From the NCBI GenBank assembly GCA_020201035.1, contig JAIVHO010000031.1, positions 294,122 to 358,121 on the forward strand: DNA of 64,000 nucleotides, read 5' to 3'. Below, piece after piece: positions 18,901 to 30,770 of this stretch. Source of the DNA: Bacteroidales bacterium. GTDB taxonomy: Bacteria > Bacteroidota > Bacteroidia > Bacteroidales > VadinHA17. Every line of letters starts with the position of its first letter. Positions within the stretch are counted from its first letter, which is position 1. Made by a program: the position numbers and the translations under genes. A model generated the notes under the pieces. That model did not search any database. It was not told the origin of the DNA and worked only from the letters and a program-made list of their open reading frames with translations.

Positions 18901-20283
18901 CAGCTGGATGGCCTTTCCCTCAATCAGTTTTGGCTGAAAAGCCTGTATACCAAGCCGGTGCAGTGTAGGGGCCCTGTTAAGCATAACAGGATGTCCTTTC
19001 AGTACATTTTCCAGAATATCCCACACCACAGGATCCTTGCGGTCAACTATCTTCTTGGCCGATTTCACCGTCTTGACAATGCCTCTCTCAATAAGCTTTC
19101 TTATAATAAACGGCTTATAGAGCTCAGCGGCCATATCCTTTGGCAGTCCGCACTCATGCAGCTGCAGCTCAGGCCCCACCACAATTACCGAACGTGCTGA
19201 GTAGTCAACCCTCTTACCCAGAAGATTCTGACGAAAACGGCCCTGCTTACCTTTAAGGCTATCGCTCAACGACTTAAGAGGCCTGTTGGCATCTGTCTTT
19301 ACAGCATTTACCTTTCTGGAGTTATCAAACAGTGAGTCTACCGACTCCTGGAGCATCCTCTTCTCGTTACGGAGAATCACCTCAGGGGCCTTGATCTCAA
19401 TTAGTCTCTTGAGCCTGTTGTTACGGATAATTACCCTGCGGTAGAGATCATTAAGGTCGCTGGTGGCAAATCTGCCTCCATCCAGCGGCACCAGTGGGCG
19501 CAGCTCAGGTGGAATTACCGGAACAACCTTTATTATCATCCATTCAGGCTTGTTGATTGATTTGGAAGCCCTGAAGGCCTCCACAACCTGAAGCCTCTTA
19601 AGGGCTTCATTCTTACGCTGTTGCGAGGTTTCTGTTCCTGCCTTATGACGCAGTGTATAACTAAGGTCGTCCAGATCGAGTCTTGAAAGCAGGTGATAAA
19701 GTGCTTCAGCACCCATTCCGGCAATAAATTTATCCGGATGATCATCCTCGAGATACTGATTCTCTTTCGGCAGGGTATCCAGGATATCCAGATACTCCTC
19801 TTCGGTCAGAAAATCGAGATAATTAACTCCATCGGTAGCTTTAATACCGGGGTTAATTACAACATACCTCTCATAATAGATGATTGAATCCAGTTTCTTT
19901 GTAGGAAGACCAAGCAGGTATCCTATTTTATTGGGCAGTGACTTGAAGTACCAGATATGTGCCACGGGAACAACCAGGCCAATATGGCCCATCCTTTCGC
20001 GGCGCACCTTTTTCTCAGTCACCTCAACACCACAACGGTCACAAACAATACCCTTATAGCGGATCCTTTTATACTTACCACAGTGGCACTCATAATCCTT
20101 AACCGGACCGAAGATCCTTTCGCAGAACAGACCATCCCTCTCCGGTTTATAAGTACGGTAGTTGATAGTCTCGGGCTTCAGCACCTCACCACTAGAGCGG
20201 TCGAGTATCTCCTCGGGGGAGGCCAGTCCGATTGTGATCTTTGAATAGTTGGTTTTTGCTTTGATATCTTTCCTGAATGACAT
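15964..20283 (-). CDS. rpoC: DNA-directed RNA polymerase subunit beta'
   Basis: 1439 aa. Zn motif [20 protein letters not shown], catalytic [12 protein letters not shown] and the trigger-loop region. Confidence 0.99.
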   Translation of the reverse strand: MSFRKDIKAKTNYSKITIGLASPEEILDRSSGEVLKPETINYRTYKPERDGLFCERIFGPVKDYECHCGKYKRIRYKGIVCDRCGVEVTEKKVRRERMGHIGLVVPVAHIWYFKSLPNKIGYLLGLPTKKLDSIIYYERYVVINPGIKATDGVNYLDFLTEEEYLDILDTLPKENQYLEDDHPDKFIAGMGAEALYHLLSRLDLDDLSYTLRHKAGTETSQQRKNEALKRLQVVEAFRASKSINKPEWMIIKVVPVIPPELRPLVPLDGGRFATSDLNDLYRRVIIRNNRLKRLIEIKAPEVILRNEKRMLQESVDSLFDNSRKVNAVKTDANRPLKSLSDSLKGKQGRFRQNLLGKRVDYSARSVIVVGPELQLHECGLPKDMAAELYKPFIIRKLIERGIVKTVKSAKKIVDRKDPVVWDILENVLKGHPVMLNRAPTLHRLGIQAFQPKLIEGKAIQLHPLVCTAFNADFDGDQMAVHLPLGNAAVLEAQILMLASHNILNPANGAPITVPSQDMVLGLYYMTKARKSVPEYVVKGEGLKFYSPEEATIAYNEGKVDLHALIKVKVDDMVNGVKVNHLVETTVGRVIFNEHVPEEVGFINELLTKKSLRDIIGTVLKRAGMAKTAAFLDAIKYLGYTMAFRGGLSFNLDDVIVPDEKVEFVNDGYAQVEEVLNNYNMGFITNNERYNQIIDIWTHINARLTQTLMKQLSTDRQGFNSVYMMLDSGARGSKEQIRQLSGMRGLMAKPQKSGASGSEIIENPILSNFKEGLSVLEYFISTHGARKGLADTALKTADAGYLTRRLVDVSQDVIITEEDCGTLRGLIATAIKKNEEVVESLYERILGRTTVHDIYHPLTGELLVSTGSELTEELAKVIEESPIEQVEIRSVLTCESKKGVCSKCYGRNLATGQMVQKGEAVGVIAAQSIGEPGTQLTLRTFHVGGTASNITSESNITAKYDGAVEIDELRSVEKEDAGQKGKSKVSIVIGRLAELRIIDQNTGIVLTTHTVPYGSKLYIRSGDKVKKGDLICEWDPFNAVIISEISGKIAFENLIEGVTFREESDEQTGFKEMVITETRDKTKNPTIKVLDSKGVVSKLYNLPVGAHLVTDEGKEVKAGDILVKIPRAVGKSGDITGGLPRVTELFEARNPSNPAVVSEIDGEVSFGKIKRGNREIIIMSKAGETKKYLVPLSKQILVQENDYVRAGIPLSDGAITPSDILAIKGPTKVQEYIVNEVQEVYRLQGVKINDKHFEIIVRQMMRKVEIIDPGDTRFLEKQIVDKLEFMDENDWIYDKKVVVEPGDSPSAKAGQIITARKLRDENSVLKRRDQKVIEYRDAIPATSSQVLQGITRAALQTHSFFSAASFQETTKVLNEAAILGKVDTLEGLKENVIVGHLIPAGTGLREYGGIVVGSREEYDALVGVTADEKLTSVEEETERS

Positions 20284-20338
20284 ATGACGTTTTTATTAAA
20301 ATCAATAGAGCGTAAATAACTTACAAACTTCCAACGGA

Positions 20339-23300
20339 TCAGTCAAGCGTCAGGCTGAGTCCCAGTCCGCGCAATTCGTGAAGAAGTACATTCAGCGACT
20401 CCGGAATGCCCGGATGAGGCATTGGCTCGCCCTTGACGATAGCCTCATAGGCCTTGGCCCTTCCCAGCACGTCATCCGACTTGATGGTAAGTATTTCCTG
20501 GAGTATATGAGATGCTCCGAAAGCCTCAAGTGCCCACACTTCCATTTCACCAAAACGCTGTCCACCGAACTGCGCTTTACCTCCGAGAGGCTGCTGTGTG
20601 ATAAGGGAGTAGGGACCTATTGACCTGGCGTGCATCTTGTCATCAACCATATGGCCCAGTTTCAGCATATAGATAATACCCACTGTTGCCGGCTGGTCAA
20701 ATCTCTGACCGGTACCTCCGTCATACAGATATGTTTTACCATACCTGGGCACACCTGCCTTTTCGGTGTATTCAGTAATCTCATCCAGGGTAGCACCGTC
20801 AAATATGGGTGTCGAGAACTTGATACCCAAGTTTTTACCAGCCCATCCCAAAACTGTTTCATAGATCTGTCCCAGGTTCATTCTGGAGGGCACACCCAGA
20901 GGGTTAAGAACTATATCAACAGGAGTTCCGTCTTCCAGAAACGGCATATCTTCAGCCCTTACTATCTTGGCCACGATACCCTTGTTTCCGTGTCGGCCCG
21001 CCATCTTATCACCAACCTTAACCTTACGTTTCTTGGCAATATAGACCTTGGCAAGCCTTACGATTCCTGCCGGCAGTTCATCCCCTATACTGATATTATA
21101 TTTCTTACGTTTCTGGATACCGTCAATCTCCTTGTATTTGATAAGGTAGTTGTGAAGAAGCTGCTGAATTGTCTCATTTTTCTTCTTGTCGGTAGTCCAC
21201 TTGTTGGGGTTGATATTGAGGTAGTCAAGTTCCTGAAGCTGCTTGAGCGTAAACTTGGTTCCCTTGGGAATAATATCTACGTTAAGATAATCCTTCACTC
21301 CCTGTGATGTTTTACCATTCACCAGGATAAAGAGTTTATCCACCAGTCTGGTCCTAAGCTCATCGACACCCCTTTCAAAGTCAGCCTCTATCTTATCGAT
21401 AATAGGTTTCTCCACCGTCTTGGATTTACGGTCCTTTATGGCGCGGGAGAAAAGCTTCTTTTCTATCACCACACCGTTGAGTGACGGTCCGGCTTTTAGT
21501 GAAGCATCCTTTACATCACCTGCCTTGTCACCGAAGATTGCTCTCAACAGTTTCTCTTCAGGTGAGGGATCTGATTCCCCTTTAGGAGTAATCTTCCCAA
21601 TAAGTATATCACCCGGTTTTACATGGGCACCTATACGTATCAGTCCGTTCTCATCGAGATCCTTTGTAGCCTCTTCGCTTACGTTTGGAATATCCGAGGT
21701 AAGCTCCTCTATACCTCTCTTGGTATCACGTACCTCAAGCTGGTATTCATCTATATGGATTGAAGTAAAGATATCATCCTGTACCACCTTATCGGAGATA
21801 ACTATGGCATCCTCGAAGTTATAACCCTTCCATGGCATAAATGCAACCATAAGGTTACGTCCGAGGGCCAGTTCACCATCCTTGGTTCCGTAACCTTCAG
21901 TCATTATCTGTCCCTTTTTAACCTTCTCACCCTTTTTCACAATAGGGATCAGGTTAACACAGGTATTCTGGTTTGTCTTGAGGTATTTGGGAAGCTTATA
22001 TCTCCTGATATCATCATCAAAGCTTACAAACTTCTCCTCGTCGGTTCGTGAGTAGCGTATTACTATCTCATTTGCATCAACATACTCCACAACACCGTCA
22101 CCCCCGGCAACCGTTAGTATTCTTGAATCCTGAACCATCTGTCCTTCAAGGCCTGTACCTACAATCGGGGCCTCAGGTTTCATCAGCGGTACTGCCTGAC
22201 GCATCATATTGGAACCCATAAGAGCCCTGTTTGCATCATCATGTTCCAGAAACGGGATAAGAGATGCTGCGATGGATGCAATCTGGTTGGGAGCAACGTC
22301 CATAAGGTGCACCTTGCCAGCCTCTTCAAGCGGATAGTCAGCCTCATAACGGGCCTTCACCCTTGGATTCTTAAAGGTACCATCCTCAAGCAGGGGCGCA
22401 TTTGCCTGTGCTATTATCTTTGACTCCTCCTCTTCGGCGCTAAGCCATACAATACCGGTATTGGTAAGGTCAACCTTACCTGTCTCAACTGCACGATAGG
22501 GGGTTTCGATAAACCCCAGCTCATTAATCCTTGAATATACGCAGAGAGATGAGATAAGACCGATATTGGGACCTTCAGGTGTCTCAATGGGGCAAAGCCT
22601 TCCATAATGTGTGTAATGCACGTCACGAACCTCAAATCCGGCTCTCTCACGTGAGAGTCCGCCCGGGCCCAGTGCCGACATTCGTCTTTTATGGGTCATC
22701 TCAGCCAGCGGGTTGGTCTGATCCATAAACTGTGACAGCTGGTTGGTCCCAAAGAATGAGTTTATTACGGATGAGAGTGTCTTGCTGTTTATCAGGTCAA
22801 CCGGAGTAAACACCTCGTTATCCCTGACATTCATTCGCTCCCTGATAGTGCGTGCCATACGCGCAAGGCCCACACCAAACTGGTTAAAGAGCTGCTCACC
22901 AACAGTACGTACACGCCTGTTGCTCAGGTGATCGATATCATCAATATCAGTTTTCGAATTGATTAGTTCAATCAGGTATTTAATAATCTCAATAATATCC
23001 TCGCGGGTAAGCACCTTGACATCCATATCGGTATGGAGTCCCAGCTTGGTATTGATCCTGTATCTTCCCACCTCACCCAGGTCATACCTCTTGTCGGAGA
23101 AAAAGAGTTTATCAATTACATCACGTGCAGTAGCCACATCCGGAGGCTCAGCGTTTCTAAGCTGCCTGTAGATATATAGTACAGCCTCCTCTTCCGAATT
23201 ACACGGGTCTTTATGGAGTGTATTGTATATTATAGCGAAATCTGAAAGGTTTGACTCTTCCCTGTGCAGAAGGATATCCTTTGCACCTGAGTCCACAATC

Positions 23301-24148
23301 AGATCAATATGTTCATTTTCAATCACCGTCTCCCTGTCGAGTACCACCTCATTACGTTCAATGGAAACCAGTTCACCTGTATCTTCATCAACGAAATCCT
23401 CAAACCATGACTTCAGCACTCTCGCGGCAAGCTTCCTGCCCACCAGCTTCTTAAGGTTTGTTTTTGAAACCTTCTGTTCTTCTGCCAGGTTAAATATCTC
23501 CAGGATATCCTTATCGCTCTCGTAACCGATAGCTCTGAGGAGTGTTGTTACGGGGAGTTTTTTCTTACGGTCGATATAAGCATACATCACGTTGTTTATA
23601 TCGGTTGCAAACTCTATCCATGATCCTTTAAAGGGGATAATCCTTGCTGAATAGAGCTTTGTTCCGTTGGCATGCACGCTCTGCCCGAAGAATACGCCGG
23701 GTGAACGGTGTAACTGGGATACCACTACCCTTTCGGCACCGTTAATAACGAATGTGCCCCTTTCGGTCATATACGGTACAGTACCCAGGTAAACATCCTG
23801 TATTACGGTATCAAAATCCTCATGTTCAGGATCGGTACAGTAAAGTTTCAGTTTGGCCTTCAGCGGAACGCTGTAGGTCAGGCCCCTTTCGATACACTCC
23901 TCAATGGAGTATCTTGCCGGGTCCACTGAGTAATCCAGGAATTCAAGTATAAAATTATTCCGGGTATCACTTATAGGAAAGTTTTCCATAAAGACCTTGT
24001 AGAGACCCTCCGTTTTACGGTTCTCGGGTGTGGTCCCCATCTGGAAAAACTCCGTAAATGACTTTAATTGAACTTCCAGAAAATCAGGATATTCAAGCTG
24101 ATTTTTAATGGAAGCAAAACTGATTCTATCTCGATTATTTGAGGACAT
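20339..24148 (-). CDS. rpoB: DNA-directed RNA polymerase subunit beta
   Basis: 1269 aa. The rif-region sequence [28 protein letters not shown], plus GRHGNKG and MEVWALEA motifs. Confidence 0.99.
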   Translation of the reverse strand: MSSNNRDRISFASIKNQLEYPDFLEVQLKSFTEFFQMGTTPENRKTEGLYKVFMENFPISDTRNNFILEFLDYSVDPARYSIEECIERGLTYSVPLKAKLKLYCTDPEHEDFDTVIQDVYLGTVPYMTERGTFVINGAERVVVSQLHRSPGVFFGQSVHANGTKLYSARIIPFKGSWIEFATDINNVMYAYIDRKKKLPVTTLLRAIGYESDKDILEIFNLAEEQKVSKTNLKKLVGRKLAARVLKSWFEDFVDEDTGELVSIERNEVVLDRETVIENEHIDLIVDSGAKDILLHREESNLSDFAIIYNTLHKDPCNSEEEAVLYIYRQLRNAEPPDVATARDVIDKLFFSDKRYDLGEVGRYRINTKLGLHTDMDVKVLTREDIIEIIKYLIELINSKTDIDDIDHLSNRRVRTVGEQLFNQFGVGLARMARTIRERMNVRDNEVFTPVDLINSKTLSSVINSFFGTNQLSQFMDQTNPLAEMTHKRRMSALGPGGLSRERAGFEVRDVHYTHYGRLCPIETPEGPNIGLISSLCVYSRINELGFIETPYRAVETGKVDLTNTGIVWLSAEEEESKIIAQANAPLLEDGTFKNPRVKARYEADYPLEEAGKVHLMDVAPNQIASIAASLIPFLEHDDANRALMGSNMMRQAVPLMKPEAPIVGTGLEGQMVQDSRILTVAGGDGVVEYVDANEIVIRYSRTDEEKFVSFDDDIRRYKLPKYLKTNQNTCVNLIPIVKKGEKVKKGQIMTEGYGTKDGELALGRNLMVAFMPWKGYNFEDAIVISDKVVQDDIFTSIHIDEYQLEVRDTKRGIEELTSDIPNVSEEATKDLDENGLIRIGAHVKPGDILIGKITPKGESDPSPEEKLLRAIFGDKAGDVKDASLKAGPSLNGVVIEKKLFSRAIKDRKSKTVEKPIIDKIEADFERGVDELRTRLVDKLFILVNGKTSQGVKDYLNVDIIPKGTKFTLKQLQELDYLNINPNKWTTDKKKNETIQQLLHNYLIKYKEIDGIQKRKKYNISIGDELPAGIVRLAKVYIAKKRKVKVGDKMAGRHGNKGIVAKIVRAEDMPFLEDGTPVDIVLNPLGVPSRMNLGQIYETVLGWAGKNLGIKFSTPIFDGATLDEITEYTEKAGVPRYGKTYLYDGGTGQRFDQPATVGIIYMLKLGHMVDDKMHARSIGPYSLITQQPLGGKAQFGGQRFGEMEVWALEAFGASHILQEILTIKSDDVLGRAKAYEAIVKGEPMPHPGIPESLNVLLHELRGLGLSLTLD

Positions 24149-24183
24149 CTAAAATGGAATTATTTGAACTTATTATTAAAACG

Positions 24184-24217
24184 ACAAAAAGGCTTAGTCC
24201 CGATTTGCCGGGACTAA
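24184..24217 (-). terminator. stem-loop plus T-run between rplL and rpoB (attenuator/terminator)
   Basis: TTAGTCCCG / CGGGACTAA 9-bp stem (24194-24202 and 24209-24217), followed on the minus strand by GCCTTTTTGTCGTTTT. Confidence 0.7.
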
Positions 24218-24244
24218 ACCTGGTAACCTTATATAAGGTAATAC

Positions 24245-24616
24245 TTATTTAAGTTCAACCTCAGCTCCTGCTTCTTCTAACTGTGATTTCAATGCTTCAG
24301 CCTCCTCCTTGCTTACACCTTCCTTTACAGGTGCGGGAGCTGAATCAACTACTGCCTTGGCCTCTTTGAGTCCGAGTCCTGTCAGGTCCTTAACCAGTTT
24401 TACAATCTGTAGTTTCTGTCCGCCTGCTGCCTTGAGGATCACATCAAATTCTGTCTGTTCCTCGGGCGCTGCATCAGCTGCTGCCGGTCCGGCCACTGCC
24501 ACTGCTGCTGCCGCGGGTTCTATACCATACTCATCTTTCAGGATTCCTGCAAGTTCGTTTACGTCTTTAACAGTTAAGTTAACCAGTTCTTCTGCTAACT
24601 TCTTAAGATCTGCCAT
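24245..24616 (-). CDS. rplL: 50S ribosomal protein L7/L12
   Basis: An Ala-rich hinge and the LKEAKAVVD...[12 protein letters not shown]-terminus. Confidence 0.98.
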   Translation of the reverse strand: MADLKKLAEELVNLTVKDVNELAGILKDEYGIEPAAAAVAVAGPAAADAAPEEQTEFDVILKAAGGQKLQIVKLVKDLTGLGLKEAKAVVDSAPAPVKEGVSKEEAEALKSQLEEAGAEVELK

Positions 24617-24648
24617 TGTTATTATTTTTAATATTGGTTATACTTCGA

Positions 24649-25170
24649 TTAATTCTCTTTGTTTGAGAGTGTTTCCAGGACACCATGAATAGTGTTCTGA
24701 CCCGACTGCAGTGCAGAGACGAGGTTTTTCATAGGTGATTGCAGCAGGGCCACCAGATCGCCGAGGAGTTCATCCTTCGACTTGATTGCCACCAGTGCGT
24801 CAAGCATTTGATCACCGATATAAACAGACTCCTCTACATATGCACCCTTCAGCAGGGGCTTGTCATTTTTCTTCCGGAACTCCTTTATTAATTTTGCAGG
24901 ATCATTTCCGATATTTGAAAACATGATAGACGTTGAACCTTTGAGTGCGACAAATATCTCATCAAAGTTCTTTCCGGTTTGTTCCAGGGCTCTTTTCAGC
25001 AGAGTGTTTTTTACGACAATCATCCTGATGTCTCTTTTAAAACACTCACGTCTCAGGGCCGAGGTCTTTGCAGCATTCAGCTGTGCAGTATCAGTCAGGT
25101 AAAAGTGACTGTACTCTCCCAGTGTTTCAGCCAGGCTGTTTACTATAGCATTTTTATCTTCTCGTTTCAT
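24649..25170 (-). CDS. rplJ: 50S ribosomal protein L10
   Basis: 173 aa, positioned between rplA and rplL, with L10-like sequence. Confidence 0.95.
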   Translation of the reverse strand: MKREDKNAIVNSLAETLGEYSHFYLTDTAQLNAAKTSALRRECFKRDIRMIVVKNTLLKRALEQTGKNFDEIFVALKGSTSIMFSNIGNDPAKLIKEFRKKNDKPLLKGAYVEESVYIGDQMLDALVAIKSKDELLGDLVALLQSPMKNLVSALQSGQNTIHGVLETLSNKEN

Positions 25171-25191
25171 TATTCCTCAGGTTATCAGTTA

Positions 25192-25887
25192 TTACTCCTC
25201 TATTCCTTTCGGATCAATCTTAATCCCGGCGCTCATGGTACTTGACATGAAGATAGTCCTCATATAGGTACCTTTTGCTGATGCAGGCTTCAGTTTGATT
25301 ATAGTTGAAATAAACTCTTTTGCATTTTCAACTATTTTCTGAGGTTCAAATGAAACTTTTCCGATTGAGGCATGAACGATTCCATATTTATCTACTTTGA
25401 AATCTATCTTACCCTGCTTTACTTCTTTAACAGCCTTACCGATCTCCATGGTAACAGTACCACTCTTCGGATTAGGCATCAGTCCGCGCGGACCGAGTAT
25501 CCTACCCAGCTGACCGATCTTACCCATAACCGAAGGCATGGTGATGATCACGTCAATATCAGTCCAGCCACCCTTGATCTTCTCGACATAGTCTTCAAGA
25601 CCAACGTGGTCGGCTCCGGCCTCTCTGGCTTCCTCTTCCATATCGGGGGTACATAGGACAAGAACCCTTGTCTCCTTACCTGTTCCGTGCGGAAGTGAAA
25701 CGACGCCGCGAACCATCTGGTTTGATTTCCTTGGATCAACACCTAACCTTACATCAATATCGACTGATGCATCAAACCTGGTTTTGGTAATCTCCTTAAC
25801 CAGCCCTGCAGCCTCGGTCAATGTATAAAGCTTACCGGCTTCTAACTTCTCCTGGGTAAGCTTCTGGTTTTTAGTAAGTTTAGTCAT
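25192..25887 (-). CDS. rplA: 50S ribosomal protein L1
   Basis: [20 protein letters not shown]...LPHGTGK is typical of L1. Confidence 0.97.
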   Translation of the reverse strand: MTKLTKNQKLTQEKLEAGKLYTLTEAAGLVKEITKTRFDASVDIDVRLGVDPRKSNQMVRGVVSLPHGTGKETRVLVLCTPDMEEEAREAGADHVGLEDYVEKIKGGWTDIDVIITMPSVMGKIGQLGRILGPRGLMPNPKSGTVTMEIGKAVKEVKQGKIDFKVDKYGIVHASIGKVSFEPQKIVENAKEFISTIIKLKPASAKGTYMRTIFMSSTMSAGIKIDPKGIEE

Positions 25888-25903
25888 TTTATCCTCTTAT
25901 TTT

Positions 25904-26347
25904 TTAGTTACTTGCGGGAAATTTGCCTTTAACGGTTATTCCCATGCTTCGGGCTGTTCCAGCCACCATCCTCATTGCAGATTCAACTGTAAAACAGTTA
26001 AGGTCCTGCATCTTTTCCTCAGCTATTCCACGTACCTGGTCCCAGGTCATTGAAGCTACTTTGGCCCTGTTGGATTCAGCTGAACCCTTTTTGACCTTTG
26101 TAATTTCAAGTATCTGTACGGCTACGGGAGGAGTCTTGGTAACAAAATCAAACGATTTATCGCTGTAAACCGTAATAATTACCGGGATCACCTTCCCTGC
26201 CTTGTCCTGGGTTCTGGCATTGAATTGCTTACAGAACTCCATAATGTTAACACCCTTTGAACCCAGCGCGGGCCCAACCGGTGGAGATGGATTAGCTGCT
26301 CCGCCACGAATCTGTAACTTAATTAATCCAGCAACTTCTTTTGCCAT
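25904..26347 (-). CDS. rplK: 50S ribosomal protein L11
   Basis: [20 protein letters not shown] motif. Confidence 0.98.
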   Translation of the reverse strand: MAKEVAGLIKLQIRGGAANPSPPVGPALGSKGVNIMEFCKQFNARTQDKAGKVIPVIITVYSDKSFDFVTKTPPVAVQILEITKVKKGSAESNRAKVASMTWDQVRGIAEEKMQDLNCFTVESAMRMVAGTARSMGITVKGKFPASN

Positions 26348-26442
26348 AATTTACGTTTTGCTTAGTTTTCGCGAGAGCTTGGTGGTGCTCAGGAAGCATT
26401 ACTATAATGTTGCATCCACCAATATCCTATTGTTAATAAATC

Positions 26443-26991
26443 CTAACTATCCTTTTCGACCTGCATAAAGCTTAGCTCCAGCGGAGTTTTACGGCCGAAA
26501 ATCTTAACCATCACCTTTAGTTTCTTTTTCTCATCATTCACCTCTTCAATAACACCGGAGAAGCTGTTGAAAGGCCCATCAATGACCTTAACCGCTTCAC
26601 CCACGAAGAAGGGTATATTCAGTTCCTCATCGCCTGCAGCAAGCTCATCCACCTTGCCAAGGATTCTGTTTATTTCAGATTTCCTGAGGGGAACGGGGTC
26701 TCCTGTTGTGGATCCCAGAAACCCTATTACATTGGGTACATTATTAATAATATGGATTATCTCTCCAACCAGGGCTGCCTCTATAAGCACATAACCCGGG
26801 AAGAAATTCCTCTCCTTGTTGATCTTTTTGCCAGCCCTTATCTGGTACACCTTTTCGGTGGGGATCAGTACCTGTGATATATGATCCTGCAGGTTAAGGC
26901 GGGAGATTTCGCTTTCAAGATACTCCTTGACTTTTTTCTCCTTTCCGCCAATTGCACGGATAACATACCACTTCTTTACATTTTCACCCAT
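26443..26991 (-). CDS. nusG: transcription termination/antitermination factor NusG
   Basis: [17 protein letters not shown] domain, a C-terminal KOW ([11 protein letters not shown]), and its position after secE. Confidence 0.97.
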   Translation of the reverse strand: MGENVKKWYVIRAIGGKEKKVKEYLESEISRLNLQDHISQVLIPTEKVYQIRAGKKINKERNFFPGYVLIEAALVGEIIHIINNVPNVIGFLGSTTGDPVPLRKSEINRILGKVDELAAGDEELNIPFFVGEAVKVIDGPFNSFSGVIEEVNDEKKKLKVMVKIFGRKTPLELSFMQVEKDS

Positions 26992-27011
26992 AAAGCGCTG
27001 AAAACCTTTTA

Positions 27012-27203
27012 TTAATAGAGTAATTTATAAATCTGGCCCATAATCTCCTTAAAGCCGAAGTCCATAAGGGCCACGGTTACGGCGATTATTACCGAGGCGA
27101 TCAATACTACTGTTGTGGAGTTCTGCAGCTCCTTCCAGGTTGGCCATGTAACCTTGTGAACAAGTTCTGTGAACGACTCCTGAAAATACCTTTTTATCTT
27201 CAT
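27012..27203 (-). CDS. secE: preprotein translocase subunit SecE
   Basis: 63 aa with a single C-terminal TM helix, lying between tRNA-Trp and nusG. Confidence 0.9.
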   Translation of the reverse strand: MKIKRYFQESFTELVHKVTWPTWKELQNSTTVVLIASVIIAVTVALMDFGFKEIMGQIYKLLY

Positions 27204-27218
27204 TGTTTACTTATTTTG

Positions 27219-27291
27219 CACGGGAGGAGAGACTCGAACTCCCGACACCTGGTTTTGGAGACCAGTGCTCTACCAACTGAGCTACACCCGT
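27219..27291 (-). tRNA. tRNA-Trp (CCA)
   Basis: Reverse complement ACGGGTGTAGCTCAGTTGGTAGAGCACTGGTCTCCAAAACCAGGTGTCGGGAGTTCGAGTCTCTCCTCCCGTG folds as a cloverleaf. Anticodon loop is CT-CCA-AA. There is one acceptor-stem mismatch, and CCA is not encoded. Confidence 0.9.
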
Positions 27292-27302
27292 AACTGTAAG
27301 GA

Positions 27303-27321
27303 GGGGAGTTGTAAACTCCCC
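27303..27321 (-). other. 8-bp GC-rich hairpin between tuf and tRNA-Trp (processing or attenuation element?)
   Basis: GGGGAGTT-GTA-AACTCCCC, located 11 nt upstream of the tRNA 5' end on the minus strand. No strong T-run follows it. Confidence 0.35.
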
Positions 27322-27357
27322 CCTGGACAGATATCAATTTATCTCCTGGAGCTATTA

Positions 27358-28545
27358 TTACTCAAGAATCTCGGTCACCTGGCCTGCACCCACTGTTCTT
27401 CCACCCTCACGGATAGCAAAACGAAGTCCTGTATTTATAGCAACAGGTGTGATAAGCTCAACGGTAATTGTTACGTTGTCACCGGGCATAACCATCTCTG
27501 TTCCTTCAGGAAGGGTAATCTCGCCGGTTACGTCAAGTGTTCTCAGGTAGAACTGCGGACGGTACTTCTGATGGAATGGTGTATGACGTCCACCCTCTTC
27601 CTTCTTCAGCACAACAATCTCAGCCTTGAACTTGGTGTGAGGAGTGATTGATCCTGGCTTGCCAAGTACCATACCCCTTTTGATCTCCTTCTTATCAACA
27701 CCACGAAGCAGCAGACCTACGTTATCACCAGCTTCACCACGGTCAAGAATCTTGCGAAACATCTCAACACCTGTACAAACGGTTTTACGCTTGTTAGCGC
27801 CCAGTCCTATCATTTCAATTTCGTCACCTGTGTTTACAACTCCGGTCTCAATACGACCTGTTGCAACTGTACCGCGACCTGTTATTGAGAATACATCCTC
27901 AACAGGCATCAGGAAAGGTTTCTCATTGTCACGTAGCGGAATCGGAATATAGGAATCAACAGCATCCATAAGCTCCATTACCTTCTCTTCCCACTGCTCC
28001 TCGCCATTGAGTGCTCCAAGTGCCGAACCACGGATAACAGGTGCATTCTCTCCATCAAACTCGTAGAAATCAAGAAGTTCACGTACTTCCATCTCAACAA
28101 GCTCGAGAAGTTCCTCATCATCAACCATGTCAACCTTGTTCAGGAAAACCACAATCTTGGGAACGTTCACCTGACGTGCAAGCAGAATATGCTCGCGGGT
28201 CTGAGGCATAGGACCATCAGTAGCAGCAACAACAATAATTGCACCGTCCATCTGGGCAGCACCTGTAACCATGTTCTTCACATAGTCAGCGTGTCCCGGA
28301 CAGTCAACGTGCGCATAGTGGCGGTTTGCTGTCTGATATTCAACGTGAGCAGTATTAATAGTAATACCCCTCTCCTTTTCCTCAGGTGCATTGTCAATTG
28401 AGTCAAAGTCCCTGATCTCGGACAAACCCTTCTTTGCAAGTACCATGGTGATGGCAGCCGTAAGAGTGGTTTTACCATGGTCAACGTGACCGATGGTTCC
28501 AATATTTACGTGCGGTTTCGACCTGTCAAATTTTTCTTTAGCCAT
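27358..28545 (-). CDS. tuf: elongation factor Tu
   Basis: [18 protein letters not shown] and NKVD motifs; 395 aa. Confidence 0.99.
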   Translation of the reverse strand: MAKEKFDRSKPHVNIGTIGHVDHGKTTLTAAITMVLAKKGLSEIRDFDSIDNAPEEKERGITINTAHVEYQTANRHYAHVDCPGHADYVKNMVTGAAQMDGAIIVVAATDGPMPQTREHILLARQVNVPKIVVFLNKVDMVDDEELLELVEMEVRELLDFYEFDGENAPVIRGSALGALNGEEQWEEKVMELMDAVDSYIPIPLRDNEKPFLMPVEDVFSITGRGTVATGRIETGVVNTGDEIEMIGLGANKRKTVCTGVEMFRKILDRGEAGDNVGLLLRGVDKKEIKRGMVLGKPGSITPHTKFKAEIVVLKKEEGGRHTPFHQKYRPQFYLRTLDVTGEITLPEGTEMVMPGDNVTITVELITPVAINTGLRFAIREGGRTVGAGQVTEILE

Positions 28546-28598
28546 AACTCCAACGTATTTTTAATATTAAAAGTGAATATTCAATCAAAAAAATTTTG

Positions 28599-28670
<72 letters not shown>

Positions 28671-28677
28671 AAAATAG

Positions 28678-28750
28678 AGCGGGAGACGGAATTCGAATCC
28701 GCGACCCTTAGCTTGGAAGGCTAATGCTCTACCAACTGAGCTACTCCCGC
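28678..28750 (-). tRNA. tRNA-Gly (TCC)
   Basis: Reverse complement GCGGGAGTAGCTCAGTTGGTAGAGCATTAGCCTTCCAAGCTAAGGGTCGCGGATTCGAATTCCGTCTCCCGCT; anticodon loop CT-TCC-AA. Confidence 0.93.
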
Positions 28751-28816
28751 TTATTTCCAACAGAGTTCAGGGTGTGCACCGACTGCAACAGTGAAACGCC
28801 TGTTTCTCTGCATAAG

Positions 28817-28899
28817 TGGGGAGAGCAGGATTCGAACCTACGAAGTCATTCGACAGCAGATTTACAGTCTGCCCCAGTTGGCCACTTTGGTATCTCCCC
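28817..28899 (-). tRNA. tRNA-Tyr (GTA), long variable arm
   Basis: Reverse complement GGGGAGATACCAAAGTGGCCAACTGGGGCAGACTGTAAATCTGCTGTCGAATGACTTCGTAGGTTCGAATCCTGCTCTCCCCA. Confidence 0.93.
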
Positions 28900-28947
28900 A
28901 TTACAGAGATGTCCGTTAAGAACATACACTTGCATTGAATTTTCAAG

Positions 28948-29021
28948 AGCCGATGAAGGGATTCGAACCCCCGACCTGCTGATTACAAATCAGCTGCTCT
29001 GACCAGCTGAGCTACATCGGC
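28948..29021 (-). tRNA. tRNA-Thr (TGT)
   Basis: Reverse complement GCCGATGTAGCTCAGCTGGTCAGAGCAGCTGATTTGTAATCAGCAGGTCGGGGGTTCGAATCCCTTCATCGGCT. Confidence 0.93.
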
Positions 29022-29071
29022 TTTTTTAAAGAACGCTCTCCGCAAGGTTATTACCCTTGAAAATCGGTTTG

Positions 29072-29103
29072 CAAATGTATTAATATATAATTTAAAGAGC
29101 AAA
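29072..29103 (-). promoter_or_regulatory. Bacteroidota sigma-A promoter for the tRNA-tuf operon
   Basis: On the minus strand: TTTG (29100-29103), a 20-nt spacer, then TACATTTG (29072-29079, matching TAnnTTTG). It lies about 50 nt upstream of tRNA-Thr(TGT). Confidence 0.65.
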
Positions 29104-29133
29104 TAATTGAGAATTATTTTTAAAAGATTGCCA

Positions 29134-29433
29134 TCACCCCTGCCTCAGCTTGCTTTTCTGTTTGGTAATCTGCTTTTTCAGGGCATCTATCACCTGGTCA
29201 GTGGACTCCTCGAAAGTTTTACTCTGCTTTTTTGCAAACAGGGGTCCGCCCGGATATTCCAGTTTAATCTCCGAAATCTTATTCTCCTTTTCCTGATCAT
29301 TTTCGAGACGCAAAAAAACCTCAGCACTTACAATATCATCGCTGAACTGTGTCAGCTTATTCACCTTCTGTGTTACAAAATCTACAAGTTTTTTGTCAGC
29401 ATCAAACTTGACCGAATGAATCTGGATATTCAT
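29134..29433 (-). CDS. hpf: ribosome hibernation promoting factor (HPF/RaiA family)
   Basis: 99 aa, MNIQIHSVKFDADKKLVDFVTQKVNKL...TFEESTDQVIDALKKQI, typical of short HPF. Confidence 0.88.
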   Translation of the reverse strand: MNIQIHSVKFDADKKLVDFVTQKVNKLTQFSDDIVSAEVFLRLENDQEKENKISEIKLEYPGGPLFAKKQSKTFEESTDQVIDALKKQITKQKSKLRQG

Positions 29434-29449
29434 AACTCTTCCTCCTATT

Positions 29450-30343
29450 TTAGTTTTTCGCCCTTGGATGGGCCTGTTTGTAAACTTCCTTCAACTTCTC
29501 AAATGTGTTGTGTGTGTATACCTGGGTGGCAGAAAGATTCGCATGACCCAGAATCTCCTTTATTGAGTTCAGGTCGGCGCCATTATTAAGCATATGAGTA
29601 GCAAATGAATGACGCAGTACATGCGGACTCTTTTTCTCAACCGTTGACACCATCTGAAGATAGCGATTTACGATATTATAAACTAATTTATCGTACAATT
29701 TGTTTCCGCCAGAAGTGAGAAAAAACCACCCTTCAGGGGAGTCAATCCCGGCATCTCTCCTAACCTCCCTGTATGTCAAAAGATCAGTGGCCAGAGATGG
29801 TAACAGGGGAATAATACGCTCCTTGTTCCTTTTACCGGTAACCCTCACCGTTCCACTTTCAATATCAATATCGGAATCACGCATACTGATCAGTTCTGAC
29901 CTTCTGATACCGGTAGAATATAACATCTCTATAAGGGTACGGTCACGTACCCCCTCAAACCCGGCACCAAAATCGTAGATATCAAGAAGGCGTTCCAGCG
30001 AACCCTCCTCAATAAACTGGGGGAGCCGCTTTCTTCTCTTTGGCAAAATTACCTTTGAAGCAGGATCAGAATCAGCTTTGCTGTTCCTCTGAAGAAAACG
30101 GTAAAATGATCTCAGGGCTGAGATCTTCCTGTGAACCGAAACCTGTGAATAGCCTTTTTCAAGCAATGTGACCATCCATGCCCTTACATCGGAGGGCGCA
30201 ACCTCCCTCACCTCATTGTGGCCGGCATGCGCCTCAATAAACAAAAAAAACTGCCGGAGATCGTTGCGGTACGATCCGACAGTATGAATAGAGTATCTCT
30301 TTTCAAATTGAAGGTAATCAAAAAACGATTCCCTGTAATCCAT
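29450..30343 (-). CDS. tyrosine recombinase, XerC/XerD-like
   Basis: An N-terminal SAM-like domain and the C-terminal catalytic residues (R...HxxR...Y: PHVLRHSFATHML, LGHANLSATQVYTH). It sits in the conserved position between rpsU and hpf. Confidence 0.85.
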   Translation of the reverse strand: MDYRESFFDYLQFEKRYSIHTVGSYRNDLRQFFLFIEAHAGHNEVREVAPSDVRAWMVTLLEKGYSQVSVHRKISALRSFYRFLQRNSKADSDPASKVILPKRRKRLPQFIEEGSLERLLDIYDFGAGFEGVRDRTLIEMLYSTGIRRSELISMRDSDIDIESGTVRVTGKRNKERIIPLLPSLATDLLTYREVRRDAGIDSPEGWFFLTSGGNKLYDKLVYNIVNRYLQMVSTVEKKSPHVLRHSFATHMLNNGADLNSIKEILGHANLSATQVYTHNTFEKLKEVYKQAHPRAKN

Positions 30344-30387
30344 AAAGGAATCCCCTCTGTTTTTGTAGAAACCCCGGGGAGTAACCC

Positions 30388-30579
30388 TTACTCTTCTCCC
30401 AGATGTAACTGCTGAACGTAAATAGCCTTCTTTAACTCATCCCTCTTACGAACGGATGGCTTAATAAAAGCCTGCCGTGATCTGAGTTCACGAATAACTC
30501 CGGTCTTCTCAAATTTACGCTTGAACTTCTTAAGTGCGCGCTCAATGTTCTCACCCTCTTTTAAAGGAACTATTATCAT
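30388..30579 (-). CDS. rpsU: 30S ribosomal protein S21
   Basis: 63 aa; NIERALKKFKRKFEKTGVIRELRSRQAFIKPS. Confidence 0.95.
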   Translation of the reverse strand: MIIVPLKEGENIERALKKFKRKFEKTGVIRELRSRQAFIKPSVRKRDELKKAIYVQQLHLGEE

Positions 30580-30609
30580 AACTGTTTTCCTGTGTTAAAA
30601 AATGAGCCG

Positions 30610-30640
30610 CAAAGATAAAAACTCAAATCCTCTTTTCAAA
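30610..30640 (-). promoter_or_regulatory. Bacteroidota sigma-A promoter upstream of rpsU
   Basis: On the minus strand: TTTG (30637-30640), a 19-nt spacer, then TATCTTTG (30610-30617). The -7 box ends 30 nt upstream of the rpsU ATG. Confidence 0.65.
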
Positions 30641-30770
30641 ACTTCTCAGAAGAAAATAGTTCAGTTTTTCCACCTTACTCCGGTTACTCTACCCTGTTTA
30701 TAATAATTATGGTAATAAAGATACAAAAAATGACCCGGTAAATCAAATAAACAGGCAACACTATTAATAA

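Noticed and set aside
16175-23952. Numerous plus-strand ORFs inside rpoC and rpoB (for example 20630-21307 at 225 aa, 21420-21824 and 18841-19200).
   Set aside because: They are antisense shadows of highly constrained coding sequence, Ser/Leu/Ile-rich, with no start context or motifs.
26348-26442. A possible L1/L11-operon leader structure (TTGGTGG...CCACCAA) between nusG and rplK.
   Set aside because: It is only a 7-bp pairing with a long loop. I cannot match it to the known L1-binding mimic without a covariance model.
29450-30343. A tyrosine recombinase next to a tRNA cluster as a marker of an integrated mobile element.
   Set aside because: It sits in the hpf / xerC-like / rpsU arrangement that I recall as conserved in Bacteroidota. 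No cargo genes, flanking direct repeats or tRNA 3'-end duplication are visible.
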